Shown here in pieces: positions 27,070 to 39,564 of a DNA stretch of 64,000 nucleotides. Origin of the DNA: Rhodobacter sp. Lineage in GTDB: Bacteria > Pseudomonadota > Alphaproteobacteria > Rhodobacterales > Rhodobacteraceae. The stretch lies in NCBI GenBank assembly GCA_020637595.1, contig JACKKE010000006.1, forward strand, positions 167,720 through 231,719, in the 5' to 3' direction. The position numbers and the translations under genes are program-made. Below the pieces are notes generated by a model. That model ran no database searches. It saw nothing but the letters and a program-made list of their open reading frames with translations, and was not told where the DNA came from. The first letter of the stretch is position 1. Every line of letters begins with the position of its first letter.

Positions 27070-28190
27070 GCGCGACCACGCCGGCCTTTTCTTTGCGCAA
27101 GGCGCGGCGGCTGGTGATCAAGATCGGCTCGGCGCTGCTGGTCGACGGCAAGTCCGGGGCGCTGCGGCAGGACTGGTTGCGCGGACTCGCGCAGGACGTG
27201 GCCGAGGCCAAGGCGCGCGGCGCGGATGTGGTGCTGGTGTCCTCGGGTTCGATCGCGCTGGGGCGGCGGGTGTTGGGCCTGCCGGCCGGCGTGCTGTCGC
27301 TGGAACAATCGCAGGCCGCCGCTGCGGTTGGCCAGATCCGGCTGGCGCGTGCCTATGAAGAGGTGCTGACACCGCACGGGATCACCGCCGCGCAGGTTCT
27401 GGTGACGCTCGACGATACCGAGGACCGCCGCCGCTATCTGAATACCCGCGCGACGATGGAGACGCTGCTGGGCCTCGGCGCGGTGCCGATCGTCAACGAG
27501 AACGATACCGTCGCCACCGATGAGATCCGCTATGGCGACAACGACCGGCTGGCGGCGCAGATCGCCATCACCATCGGCGCAGACCAGCTGGCGCTGTTGT
27601 CGGATGTCGACGGTCTCTATACCGGCAACCCGCATACCGACCCCTCGGCCCGGCGTCTGCCGCTGGTCGAGGCGGTGACGCCCGAGATCGAGGCGATGGC
27701 CGGCGATCCGGTGTCGGGCCTGTCCAAGGGTGGCATGAAGACCAAGGTGATGGCCGCGCGCACCGCCTCGGGCGGGGGCTGCGCGATGGTGATCGCCGCC
27801 GGCAGTCCGATGCGCCCGCTGACCGCCATCGAGGACGGCGCACCCTGCACCTGGTTCGCGCCGCAAGACGACCCGCAGGTCGCGCGCAAACGCTGGATCG
27901 CGGCGATGAAGGAAAAGGGCCGGATCCGGGTCGATGCCGGCGCCGCCGCCGCGCTGCGCCAGGGCAAGAGCCTGCTGCCGGCGGGGGTGATCGCGGTCGA
28001 GGGCGTCTTTGGCCGTGGCGATCCGGTGCTGATCGAGGGGCCGGATGGCGCGGTGCTGGGGCGCGGGCTGGTGCGGTATACCGCCGGGGATGCCCGGGCG
28101 ATCATGGGCAAGCGCACCGATGCGATTGCCGAGGTGCTGGGGTATCCGGGGCGCGCGGCCCTTGTGCACCGCGACGATATGGTTCTGTGA
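27057..28190 (+). CDS. proB: Glutamate 5-kinase
   Basis: VIKIGSA, VSSG, VNENDTV, GDNDRL, GGMKTK, PUA domain. GTG start overlapping the obg stop. Confidence 0.96.
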   Translation: MATLSATTPAFSLRKARRLVIKIGSALLVDGKSGALRQDWLRGLAQDVAEAKARGADVVLVSSGSIALGRRVLGLPAGVLSLEQSQAAAAVGQIRLARAYEEVLTPHGITAAQVLVTLDDTEDRRRYLNTRATMETLLGLGAVPIVNENDTVATDEIRYGDNDRLAAQIAITIGADQLALLSDVDGLYTGNPHTDPSARRLPLVEAVTPEIEAMAGDPVSGLSKGGMKTKVMAARTASGGGCAMVIAAGSPMRPLTAIEDGAPCTWFAPQDDPQVARKRWIAAMKEKGRIRVDAGAAAALRQGKSLLPAGVIAVEGVFGRGDPVLIEGPDGAVLGRGLVRYTAGDARAIMGKRTDAIAEVLGYPGRAALVHRDDMVL

Positions 28191-28193
28191 GGG

Positions 28194-28283
28194 TCGGGGG
28201 GCCGCAAGCCCCCCGAACCCCCCGCTTCAAGGGGGACACGTCCCCCTTGAAAATCCCCGTGCGTATTTGGGGCAAGATGAAGG
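28194..28283. repeat. REP-like intergenic element with two G/C-run hairpins and a TATTT...CAAGATGAAG tail
   Basis: Hairpins at 28194-28216 and 28226-28251. Tail resembles 61141-61178. Confidence 0.55.
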
Positions 28284-28292
28284 AGCAAGGCG

Positions 28293-29555
28293 ATGGACGG
28301 CATGGATGTGGCGCAGATGATGGCGGGTCTGGGGGCGGCGGCGCGGGACGCCGCGGCGCAGCTGGCCTTTGCCCCGCCGCAGGCCAAGACCGAGGCGTTG
28401 ATGGCGGCGGCGGATGCCGTCGAGGCGCGCCGCGCCGAGATCCTGGCGGCCAATGCCGAGGATCTGGACTATGGCCGCGCGAAAGGGTTGAGCGCGGCGA
28501 TGATGGACCGGCTGGCGCTGGACGATGCGCGGATCGCGGCGATTGCCGCGGGGCTGCGCTCGGTGGCGGGGCAGGCCGACCCCGTGGGGCAGGTGATGGC
28601 CGAATGGGACATGCCCTCGGGCCTGCATATCCGCCGGGTGCGCACGCCCCTGGGCGTGGTCGGCGTGATCTATGAGAGCCGTCCCAATGTGACCGCCGAC
28701 GCGGCTGCGCTCTGCCTGAAATCGGGCAATGCGGTGATCCTGCGCGGCGGGTCCGAGAGCTATCATTCTTCGCGCGCGCTGCTGTCCTGCATGGTCGAGG
28801 GGCTGAAGGCCGCCGGTCTGCCCGAGGCGGCGGTGCAGATGGTGCCGACCCGCGACCGCGCGGCGGTGGCCGAGATGCTGCGGATGGTCGAATATATCGA
28901 CGTGATCGTGCCGCGCGGTGGCAAGGGGCTGGTGGGCCTCGTGCAGGCCGAGGCGCGGGTGCCGGTCTTTGCCCATCTCGAGGGGATCTGCCACGTCTAT
29001 GCCGACCGTGACGCCGATCTGGAGAAGGCGCGCCGCGTGGTGCTGAATGCCAAGACCCGGCGCACCGGGATCTGCGGTGCGGCGGAGTGCCTGCTGATCG
29101 ACCGCGGATTTTATGAAAAGCACGGCGCGGTGCTGGTCGAGGATCTGGTGAAGGCCGGCGTCGAGGTGCGCACCGAGGGCGATCTGTTGTCGGTGCCGGG
29201 CACGGTTCAGGCCGCGCCCGAGGATTTCGGCCGCGAGTTCCTGGACATGATCATCGCCGCCAGGATCGTCGACGGTGTCGACGGGGCGATCGCGCATATC
29301 CGCCGCTATGGCAGCCAGCACACCGAGTCGATCCTGACCGAGAACCCCGCCACCGCACAGCGATTCTTCGAGCGGGTCGACAGCGCCATCGTCATGCAGA
29401 ACGCCTCGACCCAGTTCGCGGACGGGGGCGAGTTCGGCATGGGTGCCGAGATCGGCATCGCCACCGGCAAGATGCACGCGCGCGGGCCGGTCGGGGCCGA
29501 GCAGCTGACCTCGTTCAAATACCTGGTGCAGGGCGACGGAACGGTCAGAGGCTGA
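28293..29555 (+). CDS. proA: Gamma-glutamyl phosphate reductase
   Basis: [50 protein letters not shown]. Confidence 0.97.
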   Translation: MDGMDVAQMMAGLGAAARDAAAQLAFAPPQAKTEALMAAADAVEARRAEILAANAEDLDYGRAKGLSAAMMDRLALDDARIAAIAAGLRSVAGQADPVGQVMAEWDMPSGLHIRRVRTPLGVVGVIYESRPNVTADAAALCLKSGNAVILRGGSESYHSSRALLSCMVEGLKAAGLPEAAVQMVPTRDRAAVAEMLRMVEYIDVIVPRGGKGLVGLVQAEARVPVFAHLEGICHVYADRDADLEKARRVVLNAKTRRTGICGAAECLLIDRGFYEKHGAVLVEDLVKAGVEVRTEGDLLSVPGTVQAAPEDFGREFLDMIIAARIVDGVDGAIAHIRRYGSQHTESILTENPATAQRFFERVDSAIVMQNASTQFADGGEFGMGAEIGIATGKMHARGPVGAEQLTSFKYLVQGDGTVRG

Positions 29556-30105
29556 TCGCCAGCCGGGTTTCGCCGGTCTCGACCCGGACCGGGCCGGCGG
29601 CGGCGAGGAGGGCGAAATGGACGGTCGCCGGTGCCGGGCTCTGCGGTGGCTGGCCCTGCGCCAGCGCTGGCCACAGCCCCGGGTCGAGGCGCAGCCGGGG
29701 CGCTTCGGCGGTCAGGCCGGCGTCGGTCAGGGTCAGAGCGCCCCCCCAGGCCAGCGCGCTTTCGGCGCAGAGCACGGCGAGCATCAGCCTGCGGGCGAGG
29801 GGGCGGTCGATCTGGTTCGGGAGGGTGGCATGCACCGCGATCCGCTCGGCCAGCGCGGTCAGCGCGTCGGTCAGGTCACGGGGCGGCACCGTCTGCCCGG
29901 CACTGGCCGCACCGAACGCCAGCCGGTAGAGCCGCAGCCGGGCCTGTGCGGCTTGCACCGCCTGGTCGATCAGCGCGATCTCGGGGCCGGGGCTTTGCAC
30001 CATCTGCAACAGCTCTACCCCGTTGCCGATTGCGCCCAAGGGGCTTACGAGATCATGGCAAAGCCGTGAGCCGACCAGCGCCGCCCAGCTGTCGGCGCCG
30101 GTCAT
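29545..30105 (-). CDS. chpT: Histidine phosphotransferase ChpT
   Basis: [24 protein letters not shown] and RLYRLAFG. 11-bp convergent overlap with proA. Confidence 0.9.
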   Translation of the reverse strand: MTGADSWAALVGSRLCHDLVSPLGAIGNGVELLQMVQSPGPEIALIDQAVQAAQARLRLYRLAFGAASAGQTVPPRDLTDALTALAERIAVHATLPNQIDRPLARRLMLAVLCAESALAWGGALTLTDAGLTAEAPRLRLDPGLWPALAQGQPPQSPAPATVHFALLAAAGPVRVETGETRLAISL

Positions 30106-30130
30106 GCGTCCAGACCCGAGGAAATGCCCG

Positions 30131-30304
30131 ATGTCCCAGATCCTTGAACCCGGCATGTTCGTGCGCAACCCCCGACAGCCCGACTGGGGGTTGGGGCAGG
30201 TGCAATCCGTCGTCGGCCCGAAGGTGACGGTGAATTTCGAGGAGGCCGGGAAAGTTGTGGTGGATACACGGGTTGTCGATCTGGATTGGCAGCCGGGACT
30301 GTGA
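30131..30304 (+). CDS. DUF3553-family small protein
   Basis: LEPGMFVRNPRQPDWGLGQVQS..VTVNFEEAGK. Confidence 0.85.
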   Translation: MSQILEPGMFVRNPRQPDWGLGQVQSVVGPKVTVNFEEAGKVVVDTRVVDLDWQPGL

Positions 30305-30407
30305 GGCGAGTGATCAAGCTTAAGAGGCAACCATAGGGCGAGTCAAGCGCGAGGCCGTTGCAGGGCCTGCAGTGACCGCCTAAGTGCAGGTCAGAGGATC
30401 TGGTGAC

Positions 30408-31214
30408 ATGACGGAACAGACCACCGCACCGCGACCGGGGCCCGAAACGGGGTATGAGGTTCGCCTGGCCCGGGACGAGGCCGATATTCGCGCTGCGCAG
30501 CGGTTGCGCTATATGGTTTTTGTCGAGGAACTGGGCGCGCAGACCGCCGGTGCCGACCATGCGCAGCGACTGGAGCGCGACGCGCTGGATGCGCATTTCG
30601 ACCATCTGCTGCTGATCGACCGGCGCGCCGATCCGGCCAGCCTGGAGCATGTGGTGGGGGTCTATCGCCTCTTGCCACAGGACCGGGCCGAGGCGCTGGG
30701 GCGGTTCTATTCGGATGCGGAATACGATCTGGCGCCGTTGCGGGCCAGCGGGCGCAAGCTGGTCGAGCTGGGGCGCTCCTGCGTGCATCCGGCGCATCGC
30801 AAGGGCGCGTCGATGCTGCTGATGTGGAACGGGCTGGCCGAGTATGTGCTGGCGCGTGGCATCGAGATCATGTTCGGCGTGGCCTCGTTTCATGGCACCG
30901 ACGCCGACCAGCATGCGCTGGCGCTCAGCTGGCTGCATGCGCATCACCTGGCGCCGCCGGCGCTGCGCGTGCGGGTCTGGCCCGACCATGCCGTGCGAAT
31001 GGACCGGGTGCCGGTGACCTCGGCCGACAAATCCGCGGCGCTGGCGGCGATCCCGCCCCTGATCCGCGGCTATCTGCGGCTGGGGGGCTTCGTCGGCGAG
31101 GGGGCCTTTGTCGATACCGATTTCAACACCACCGATGTGTGTCTGATCATGGACACCGCCGCCATGTCCGAGCGAGCCGTTGACTTCTACACCCGAAAAT
31201 CGCCGCGCGCCTGA
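30408..31214 (+). CDS. olsB: Ornithine-lipid N-acyltransferase (GNAT fold)
   Basis: AAQRLRY.VF, VVGVYRLL, FYSDAEYD, ELGRSCV, PPLIRGYLRLG, DFNTTD. Paired with an acyltransferase. Confidence 0.88.
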   Translation: MTEQTTAPRPGPETGYEVRLARDEADIRAAQRLRYMVFVEELGAQTAGADHAQRLERDALDAHFDHLLLIDRRADPASLEHVVGVYRLLPQDRAEALGRFYSDAEYDLAPLRASGRKLVELGRSCVHPAHRKGASMLLMWNGLAEYVLARGIEIMFGVASFHGTDADQHALALSWLHAHHLAPPALRVRVWPDHAVRMDRVPVTSADKSAALAAIPPLIRGYLRLGGFVGEGAFVDTDFNTTDVCLIMDTAAMSERAVDFYTRKSPRA

Positions 31215-32058
31215 TCAGGCCTGGGTTTCGCCCGAGGGCGAGGCGCCAGCGGTCCACATCGGCCCCCTCGGCTGGCTGATGATCGCCTGGCGGCTGCCGC
31301 TGCTGGGCGCCTGGGTGTTCGGCGGGTTGCTGATCCATCTGGCGCTGCGGCTGATCGAGCGACCGTTGTTCGGTTTGCGCCGGCCGGTCACGCCCTTTGT
31401 CACCCAGGCGGTGTGCAAGGGGGCCTTTGTGATCCTGGGGATGCCGATCCGGGTGTCCGGGCAGCCGATGCGCGGGCGCGGGGCGGTGGTGGCGAACCAT
31501 GTCGGCTGGCTCGACATCTTTGCGCTGAACGCGCCGCAGCGGATCTATTTCGTCGCCAAGTCCGAGGTGGCGGGCTGGGCCGGGATCGGCTGGCTGGCGC
31601 GCGCGACGGGCACGATCTTTATCCGCCGTGATGCCCGCGACGCCCGGCTGCAGAAGGAAATCTTCGAAGCGCGGCTGCGGGCGGGCCACCATCTGTGTTT
31701 CTTCCCCGAGGGGACGAATTCGGACGGGGTGCGGATCCTGCCGTTCAAGCCGACGCTGTTCGCGGCCTTCTTTACCCACGGGCTGGCGGATATCCTGTCG
31801 ATCCAGCCGGTGACGCTGGTCTATGTCGCCCCGCCGGGCCGGGATGCGCGGTTCTATGGCTGGTGGGGCGAGCTGTCCTTTGGCGCGCATCTGCTGCGGG
31901 TTCTGGCGCAACGGCGTCAGGGCCGGGTCGAGGTGGTGTTCCACGACCCGGTGCCGATCGCGGACTTTGCCAGCCGTAAGGATCTGGCCCGGGTCTGCGA
32001 AGATCGCGTGCGGGCCGAACTGACCCGCCGCCTGCCGGCCGAGAGCCTGCGCCCGTAA
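31180..32058 (+). CDS. olsA: Lyso-ornithine lipid O-acyltransferase (PlsC family)
   Basis: NHVGWLD (HX4D), FVAKSEV, FFPEGT. Start uncertain. Confidence 0.85.
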   Translation: MTSTPENRRAPDQAWVSPEGEAPAVHIGPLGWLMIAWRLPLLGAWVFGGLLIHLALRLIERPLFGLRRPVTPFVTQAVCKGAFVILGMPIRVSGQPMRGRGAVVANHVGWLDIFALNAPQRIYFVAKSEVAGWAGIGWLARATGTIFIRRDARDARLQKEIFEARLRAGHHLCFFPEGTNSDGVRILPFKPTLFAAFFTHGLADILSIQPVTLVYVAPPGRDARFYGWWGELSFGAHLLRVLAQRRQGRVEVVFHDPVPIADFASRKDLARVCEDRVRAELTRRLPAESLRP

Positions 32059-32069
32059 TCGGGCGCGGG

Positions 32070-33872
<1,803 letters not shown>

Positions 33873-34011
33873 GCGCGCTCCGGCGGCAGTGGATCTTGGG
33901 GCCGCGTATACCGCCTATCGGGGGCAGAGGAAACAGGCCGCGGCCAGGCGGCTCCGCGGGGTTCTCTTGTCGGCGGAAATCGGTCAGGCTGGCCGTGGAA
34001 CCGGAGGCCCC

Positions 34012-35784
34012 ATGACGCACGATCAAGTCACGATCTTCATCATCCTGGCACTGACCGTGGCGGGTTTCCTGTGGGGGCGGCTGCGCCATGACACGGTGGC
34101 GCTGGCGGCGCTGATGGCCTGCGTGCTGACCGGCCTCGTTCCGGGCGAGGTGGCCTTTGCCGGGTTCGGCCATCCGGCGGTGATGACGGTGGCCTGCGTG
34201 CTGGTGCTCAGCCGCGCCCTGCAGCAGACCGGTGCGGTCGATGCGCTGGCCCGCGCGGTCCTGCCGGCGCAGGCCGGGAGGCTGGCGTCGGTGGCGGCGC
34301 TGATGGGGGTGGGCGCGTTCCTGTCGGCCTTTATGAACAACGTGGGTGCGATGGCCTTGCTGATGCCGCTGGCGGTGCAGGTGTCCGGGCGGCTGGGTCT
34401 GGCGCCGGGGCAGGTGCTGATGCCGCTGGCCTTCGGCACGATCCTGGGGGGTATGGTGACGCTGGTCGGCACGCCGCCCAACCTGATTGTCGCGGGATTT
34501 CGGGCCGAGGCCGCGGGCCGCCCCTTTGCGATGTTCGATTTCACCTGGGTGGGGCTGCCGGTGGCGGTGCTCGGTGTGGCCTTTGTCGCGCTGGTCGGCT
34601 GGCGGCTGGTGCCCGCGCGTCGGCCGGCCGGCGAGGCGGCGTTCGAGACCGGCGCCTATCTGACCGAATTGCGGGTGCCCGAGGGCAGCGGCGCGGTGGG
34701 CCTGACCCTGCGGCGCTTCGAGGACACGCTGGAGGGGGCCGAACTGCAGGTGGTGGCGCTGATGCGCGGCGACGTGCGGCTGAATGCCCCTCACGGCGCG
34801 CGCAAGATCCGCGCCGGCGACGTGCTGGTCGTCGAGGCCGAGGCCAAGGCGCTGACCGAAAGCGCCGCCCGCCACAAGATCGCCCTCGAAGGGCTGGGGT
34901 CGCCCTCGGCCGAGGAGGAGGGCGGCGACGAAACCGTCTTGCGGGAATTCGCGGTGCTACCGGGGGCGGCGCTGATCGGGCGCTCGGCGCGTCAATTGCA
35001 TCTGCGCAGTCGCTATGGCGTGGCGCTGCTGGCGGTCTCGCGCGAGGGCAGCCGGCCGCGGGCGCGGCTCGGCACGCTGGCGCTCAGGTCCGGCGATCTG
35101 CTGCTGATGAACGGCCCGGCCGAGGTGCTGGCCGATTTCGCCCGCGACATGGGCTGCGTGCCGCTAGACACGACGCCCCTGACCGTGCCCGACCGCCGGC
35201 AGGCCTGGATCGCGGCGGGGATCATGGCGGGGGCGGTGGGCCTCGCGGCGCTGGGGGTGCTGCCGGCGGCAGCAGCCTTTGCGTTGGGGGTTCTGGCGGT
35301 GATGGTGACCCGCGTCCTGCCCCTGCGCGAGGTCTACACCAGCATCGACTGGCCAGTGGTGGTGCTGCTGGCGGCACTGATCCCGGTGGCCGGCGCGATG
35401 CAGGCGACCGGCGCGGCGGACCAGCTGGCGGGGCTGCTGGTCGGCACCTTGGCGCAGGGCAACGCGGTTGCGGCGCTGATCGTGGTGCTGGTGGTGACGA
35501 TGTTCCTCAGCGACGTGATGAACAACGCGGCCACCGCGGCGGTGATGTCGCCCATCGCGCTGGGGATCGCCGGCACACTGGGCGCGGCCAGCGACGGGTT
35601 CCTGATGGCGGTGGCGATCGGCGCCAGCTGCGCCTTTCTGACCCCGATCGGCCATCAGAACAACACCCTGATCCTGGGGCCTGGGGGGTTCCGGTTCGGG
35701 GACTACTGGAAGCTGGGCCTGCTGTTGGAGGTGATGATCGTTGCGGTGTCCGTGCCGCTGCTGATCGTGGTCTGGGGGGTGTGA
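34012..35784 (+). CDS. SLC13/CitMHS-family permease with TrkA-C domains
   Basis: LSAFMNNVG, TLVGTPPNL, SDVMNNAAT, FLTPIGHQNN. Confidence 0.9.
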   Translation: MTHDQVTIFIILALTVAGFLWGRLRHDTVALAALMACVLTGLVPGEVAFAGFGHPAVMTVACVLVLSRALQQTGAVDALARAVLPAQAGRLASVAALMGVGAFLSAFMNNVGAMALLMPLAVQVSGRLGLAPGQVLMPLAFGTILGGMVTLVGTPPNLIVAGFRAEAAGRPFAMFDFTWVGLPVAVLGVAFVALVGWRLVPARRPAGEAAFETGAYLTELRVPEGSGAVGLTLRRFEDTLEGAELQVVALMRGDVRLNAPHGARKIRAGDVLVVEAEAKALTESAARHKIALEGLGSPSAEEEGGDETVLREFAVLPGAALIGRSARQLHLRSRYGVALLAVSREGSRPRARLGTLALRSGDLLLMNGPAEVLADFARDMGCVPLDTTPLTVPDRRQAWIAAGIMAGAVGLAALGVLPAAAAFALGVLAVMVTRVLPLREVYTSIDWPVVVLLAALIPVAGAMQATGAADQLAGLLVGTLAQGNAVAALIVVLVVTMFLSDVMNNAATAAVMSPIALGIAGTLGAASDGFLMAVAIGASCAFLTPIGHQNNTLILGPGGFRFGDYWKLGLLLEVMIVAVSVPLLIVVWGV

Positions 35785-35805
35785 GGGGGGCGCGCCGCCC
35801 CCCTC
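35783..35805. repeat. G6/C6 hairpin (terminator- or REP-like) between convergent genes
   Basis: GAGGGGGGCG-CGC-CGCCCCCCTC, nearly identical to 61107-61127. Confidence 0.55.
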
Positions 35806-35810
35806 GGCCG

Positions 35811-36248
35811 TTACTGGTCGCAGCCCGGATAGCGCATCATGCCGGCATCCGAGTCGCGCACCACCGTGCCTGCCGCGCGCGCCTGCTCGAAGGTTGAGCG
35901 GATCGCGCCGAACCACGGCGCCTGGGTGTCGCGCAGGGTGGCGACGGGGACGCCGATCATCCCCGACAGGGTCTCGGCAAACTGCATCTCGCCGGTGGAC
36001 AGGGGCAGCGCGCAGCCATGAACGCGGAACACGTCGCGGAAGATCGGCAGCAGCTGGTCGGGTGTCATCACCCCCTCATCGCCCAGAACGGGCGGCGAGA
36101 CGGGTTCCGGTGCCATCGGTTGCACCGCCTGGGTGCCGGGGCAGCCGGGCGGAAACTTGCCGGCGAAGCTGCACAGATCCTGCGCCAGGGCAGGGGTGGC
36201 GGCGAGAAGGATGGCGGCACAGGGTGCCGCGTATTTGAGCGTCATCAT
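35811..36248 (-). CDS. Small secreted hypothetical protein with four mature-region Cys
   Basis: Signal peptide ending PALA-QD, Pro-rich linker. Confidence 0.6.
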   Translation of the reverse strand: MMTLKYAAPCAAILLAATPALAQDLCSFAGKFPPGCPGTQAVQPMAPEPVSPPVLGDEGVMTPDQLLPIFRDVFRVHGCALPLSTGEMQFAETLSGMIGVPVATLRDTQAPWFGAIRSTFEQARAAGTVVRDSDAGMMRYPGCDQ

Positions 36249-36402
36249 GGGTTTGATCCGAATGGAGTTAATGAACCTCCAAAACCTGCGGCGGCAGAGC
36301 GGCGCTGTCAACCTCCACATGAAGCGCGATCCCGCCCGGACGCTTGCCGCGCGCGCGCCTTTGGCCTAGACAGCGGGTCAACCGACATTCCACAGGTGAG
36401 CC

Positions 36403-37743
36403 ATGCGTCTGAGCCGCTATTTCCTCCCCGTCCTCAAGGAAAATCCCTCGGAGGCGCAGATCGTCAGCCACCGGCTGATGCTGCGCGCGGGGATGATCCG
36501 TCAGCAGGCCGCCGGCATCTATTCCTGGCTGCCGCTGGGCTACCGGGTGCTCAAGCGTATCGAGCAGATCGTGCACGAGGAACAGGTCCGCGCCGGCCAC
36601 ATCCCGCTGTTGATGCCGACGCTGCAATCGGCCGATCTGTGGCGCGAATCCGGGCGCTATGACGATTACGGCGAAGAGATGCTGCGCATCAAGGACCGCC
36701 ACAAGCGCGACCTGCTCTATGGGCCGACCAACGAGGAGATGATCACCGACATCTTCCGCGCCCATGTCGGCAGCTACAAGGATCTGCCGCTGACCCTTTA
36801 CCATATCCAGTGGAAATTCCGCGACGAGATCCGCCCGCGGTTCGGCGTGATGCGCGGCCGTGAATTCCTGATGAAGGACGGCTATAACTTCGACATCGAC
36901 AAGGACGCGGCGCTGCACGCCTACAACCGCCACATGGTCAGCTATCTGCGCACCTATGAGCGGATGGGCCTGACGGCGATCCCGATGCGCGCCGACTCGG
37001 GCCCGATCGGCGGCGACGACACGCATGAATTCCTGGTGCTGGCGCAGACCGGCGAGTCCGAGGTGTTCTATGACGACCGGGTGACGCAGCTGAAGCTGGG
37101 CGGGCGCGCGGTCGATTATGACAACTGGGACGAGGTGGCCGGCGTCTGCACCGAGTTCACCACCCTCTACGCGCGCACCGACGAGACCCACGACGCCGCG
37201 CTGTTCGAGCAGATCCCCGAGGCGCACCGCAAGGTCGGCCGGGGCATCGAGGTGGGGCAGATCTTCTATTTCGGCACCAAGTATTCCGAGCCGATGGGCG
37301 CGACCGTGGTCAACGACAAGGGCGAGCGCGTTCCGGTGCACATGGGCTCGCACGGGATCGGTGTCAGCCGCCTTCTGGGCGCGATCATCGAGGCCAGCCA
37401 CGACGACAAGGGCATCATCTGGCCCGAAGGCGTCACCCCGTTCCCGGTCGGTATCGTCAACCTCAAGCAGGGCGACGGGGCTGCGGATGTGGCCTGCGAC
37501 TCGCTCTATGCGGCGCTGACGACGCAGGGGCTCGAACCGCTCTATGACGACCGCAATGAACGCGCCGGCGCCAAATTCGCGACGATGGACCTGATCGGCC
37601 TGCCGTGGCGGATCACCGTTGGCCCGCGCGGGCTTGAAAAGGGCGTGGTCGAACTGACCTCGCGCCGCACCGGCGAAAGCGAAGAGATGTCGCCCGAGGC
37701 AGCGGTCGCGCGGCTGGTGCAGATCTACGCGGCGCACCGCTGA
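36403..37743 (+). CDS. proS: Proline--tRNA ligase (short alphaproteobacterial type)
   Basis: [47 protein letters not shown]. Confidence 0.98.
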   Translation: MRLSRYFLPVLKENPSEAQIVSHRLMLRAGMIRQQAAGIYSWLPLGYRVLKRIEQIVHEEQVRAGHIPLLMPTLQSADLWRESGRYDDYGEEMLRIKDRHKRDLLYGPTNEEMITDIFRAHVGSYKDLPLTLYHIQWKFRDEIRPRFGVMRGREFLMKDGYNFDIDKDAALHAYNRHMVSYLRTYERMGLTAIPMRADSGPIGGDDTHEFLVLAQTGESEVFYDDRVTQLKLGGRAVDYDNWDEVAGVCTEFTTLYARTDETHDAALFEQIPEAHRKVGRGIEVGQIFYFGTKYSEPMGATVVNDKGERVPVHMGSHGIGVSRLLGAIIEASHDDKGIIWPEGVTPFPVGIVNLKQGDGAADVACDSLYAALTTQGLEPLYDDRNERAGAKFATMDLIGLPWRITVGPRGLEKGVVELTSRRTGESEEMSPEAAVARLVQIYAAHR

Positions 37744-37760
37744 TCGGCTTAGCAGGATCG

Positions 37761-37795
37761 AAACGCGCCCCCGGACCTCCGGCGGGCGCGTTTTT
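37761..37795 (+). terminator. Terminator after proS, likely bidirectional
   Basis: AAACGCGCCC-CCGGA-CC-TCCGG-CGGGCGCGTTTTT. Confidence 0.7.
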
Positions 37796-38544
37796 CAATC
37801 GACCGGGTTGCCCGGGTCGGGGATCACCGCGCCGGGCTCAATTCCCACGCGCATCTCGTCGAAGATCGCGACCTGGGTCGGCATCGGTCCGCCGTGGCGG
37901 CTGACGAAGCTGCGATAGAGCCCATATTTCAGGTAATAGAAATCAGGGTCCGGCAGCGGCCAGTCGGTGAAAATCGCGCCGACCTCGCCGTTGACATAGA
38001 CCTCCAGCATCGGCGGGTCACGGTCGTCGAAATGCACGGCGATATCGGTCCAGCGCCCGCGCATCTGCGCAAGGGTGGCCAGCGCCGCATGCGGGTTCGG
38101 GCCATCGGTGACGAAGATCGTGACCCCCAGCGTGCCGCCGCGCGCCTCGATCTGCATCAGCGGCGGGTTCGAGGTGCGGCCTCCTGCCACCCGCTGCGGC
38201 CCGCCGCTGCGGTGGATCTGGAAAAGGCTGGTGTTGACGTTTCGCGAATCCTCGAAATCCGGCGGCAGGTAGACGGAGAACCCGATCCAGGTGTCGCGCC
38301 CGGGCGCCCATTCCAGATCCGGGCGGAATTCGCTGCGTTCGCGGTCGCGGGCGCAATCGTCCCAGCCGGGTTGCGCGGCGCAATCGCCGGGGCGGACCTC
38401 GAACCGCTGCGCCTCGGCGCCGGCGCGGGTGGGGGCGGTGACGATGCCATACCCCCAGGGCGTGTCCGAGAGGCTGCGCCGCCCCTCCAGCCGGTCGGCC
38501 AGGGCGGGGCTGGCCATGAGCACCAGGATCAGAACAAGGCGCAT
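37795..38544 (-). CDS. Secreted polysaccharide-lyase-like (beta-jelly-roll) protein
   Basis: Signal peptide. FEVRPGDC, DRERSE, WIGFSVYLP, FQIH, VYVNG, YLKYGLYRS, FDEMR. Confidence 0.75.
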   Translation of the reverse strand: MRLVLILVLMASPALADRLEGRRSLSDTPWGYGIVTAPTRAGAEAQRFEVRPGDCAAQPGWDDCARDRERSEFRPDLEWAPGRDTWIGFSVYLPPDFEDSRNVNTSLFQIHRSGGPQRVAGGRTSNPPLMQIEARGGTLGVTIFVTDGPNPHAALATLAQMRGRWTDIAVHFDDRDPPMLEVYVNGEVGAIFTDWPLPDPDFYYLKYGLYRSFVSRHGGPMPTQVAIFDEMRVGIEPGAVIPDPGNPVD

Positions 38545-38545
38545 C

Positions 38546-39550
38546 TCAGACCCCCTCGGCCACGTCGATCAACGCGGCCCCGATCCGCGCGTTCGACTCG
38601 CAGGCCTCATGGGCTGCCCAGCCCTCGGCCAGCGGCACGCGCAGCGCGACGGGGTGGCGCAGCGCGCCGGTCTCCAGCCAGCGGGTCAGATCGGCGATGC
38701 CCTGCGCGCGGGCCTCGGGCGGCAGGATATAGACCAGCACCATCCGCAGGGTCTGCGCGGCGAAGAGCATCGGATAGAAGGGCAGGCGCGGCTCGGGCTC
38801 GGCCATCGAGCCATAGCTGGCAATCACGCCGTTCGGGTTCAAAAGTGGCTGCGTCAGCGGCAGGTTCTGGCCCAGCTCGACCTCGACCACCCGGTCAATG
38901 CCGCGCCCGCCGGTCGCCGCACGGATCTGCCCGGCGGCGTCCGCGTCGTGATAATTCACCCCCGCATCCGCGCCCATCGCCGCGGCGTGCTGGGCCTTCG
39001 CCCCGCCCGAGGTGGTGGCGATCACCGTTCGCGCGCCGCCCAACCGCGCCATCTGCACCGCATAGGCCCCGACAGCCCCCGCGCCGCCGGTCACCAGCAC
39101 GTCGAGCCCGGCCACAGGACCATCGGCAAAGAGGCAGCGGTGCGCGGTCAGGGCGGGGATGCCCAGGCAGGCGCCCTCGGCATAGCTGGCGGCATCGGGC
39201 AGCGGAACCGCCTGGTCGGTGGGCAGGGCCACGAACTCGGCCGCGCTGCCGAAGGGGCGCCGGAATGCGGCGTTCCACAGCCAGACACGCTGGCCCACCC
39301 GCGCCGGGTCGACGCCCGCGCCGACGGCTTCGATCCGGCCCGCGCCGTCGGAATTGGGGATCACCAGCGGAAAGGGGATCGGCGCCCGCGCCCCGGCGCG
39401 GGTTTTCGCGTCGGACGGGTTCGCGCCGGACACCGCGACGCGCACCAGCACCTCGCCCGGGTTGGGGGTGGGGCGCGGCAGGTCGCGCAGGGTCAGGACA
39501 CGGCGGGCGGGGCCGGTGGTGTCATAGGCAAGGGCGCGCATGCTGGGCAT
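38546..39550 (-). CDS. NADPH:quinone reductase (zeta-crystallin/MDR family)
   Basis: GEVLVRV..SGANPSD, PNSDGAG, VTGGAGAVG. Confidence 0.9.
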   Translation of the reverse strand: MPSMRALAYDTTGPARRVLTLRDLPRPTPNPGEVLVRVAVSGANPSDAKTRAGARAPIPFPLVIPNSDGAGRIEAVGAGVDPARVGQRVWLWNAAFRRPFGSAAEFVALPTDQAVPLPDAASYAEGACLGIPALTAHRCLFADGPVAGLDVLVTGGAGAVGAYAVQMARLGGARTVIATTSGGAKAQHAAAMGADAGVNYHDADAAGQIRAATGGRGIDRVVEVELGQNLPLTQPLLNPNGVIASYGSMAEPEPRLPFYPMLFAAQTLRMVLVYILPPEARAQGIADLTRWLETGALRHPVALRVPLAEGWAAHEACESNARIGAALIDVAEGV

Positions 39551-39564
39551 CGGGGGCTCCGGGG

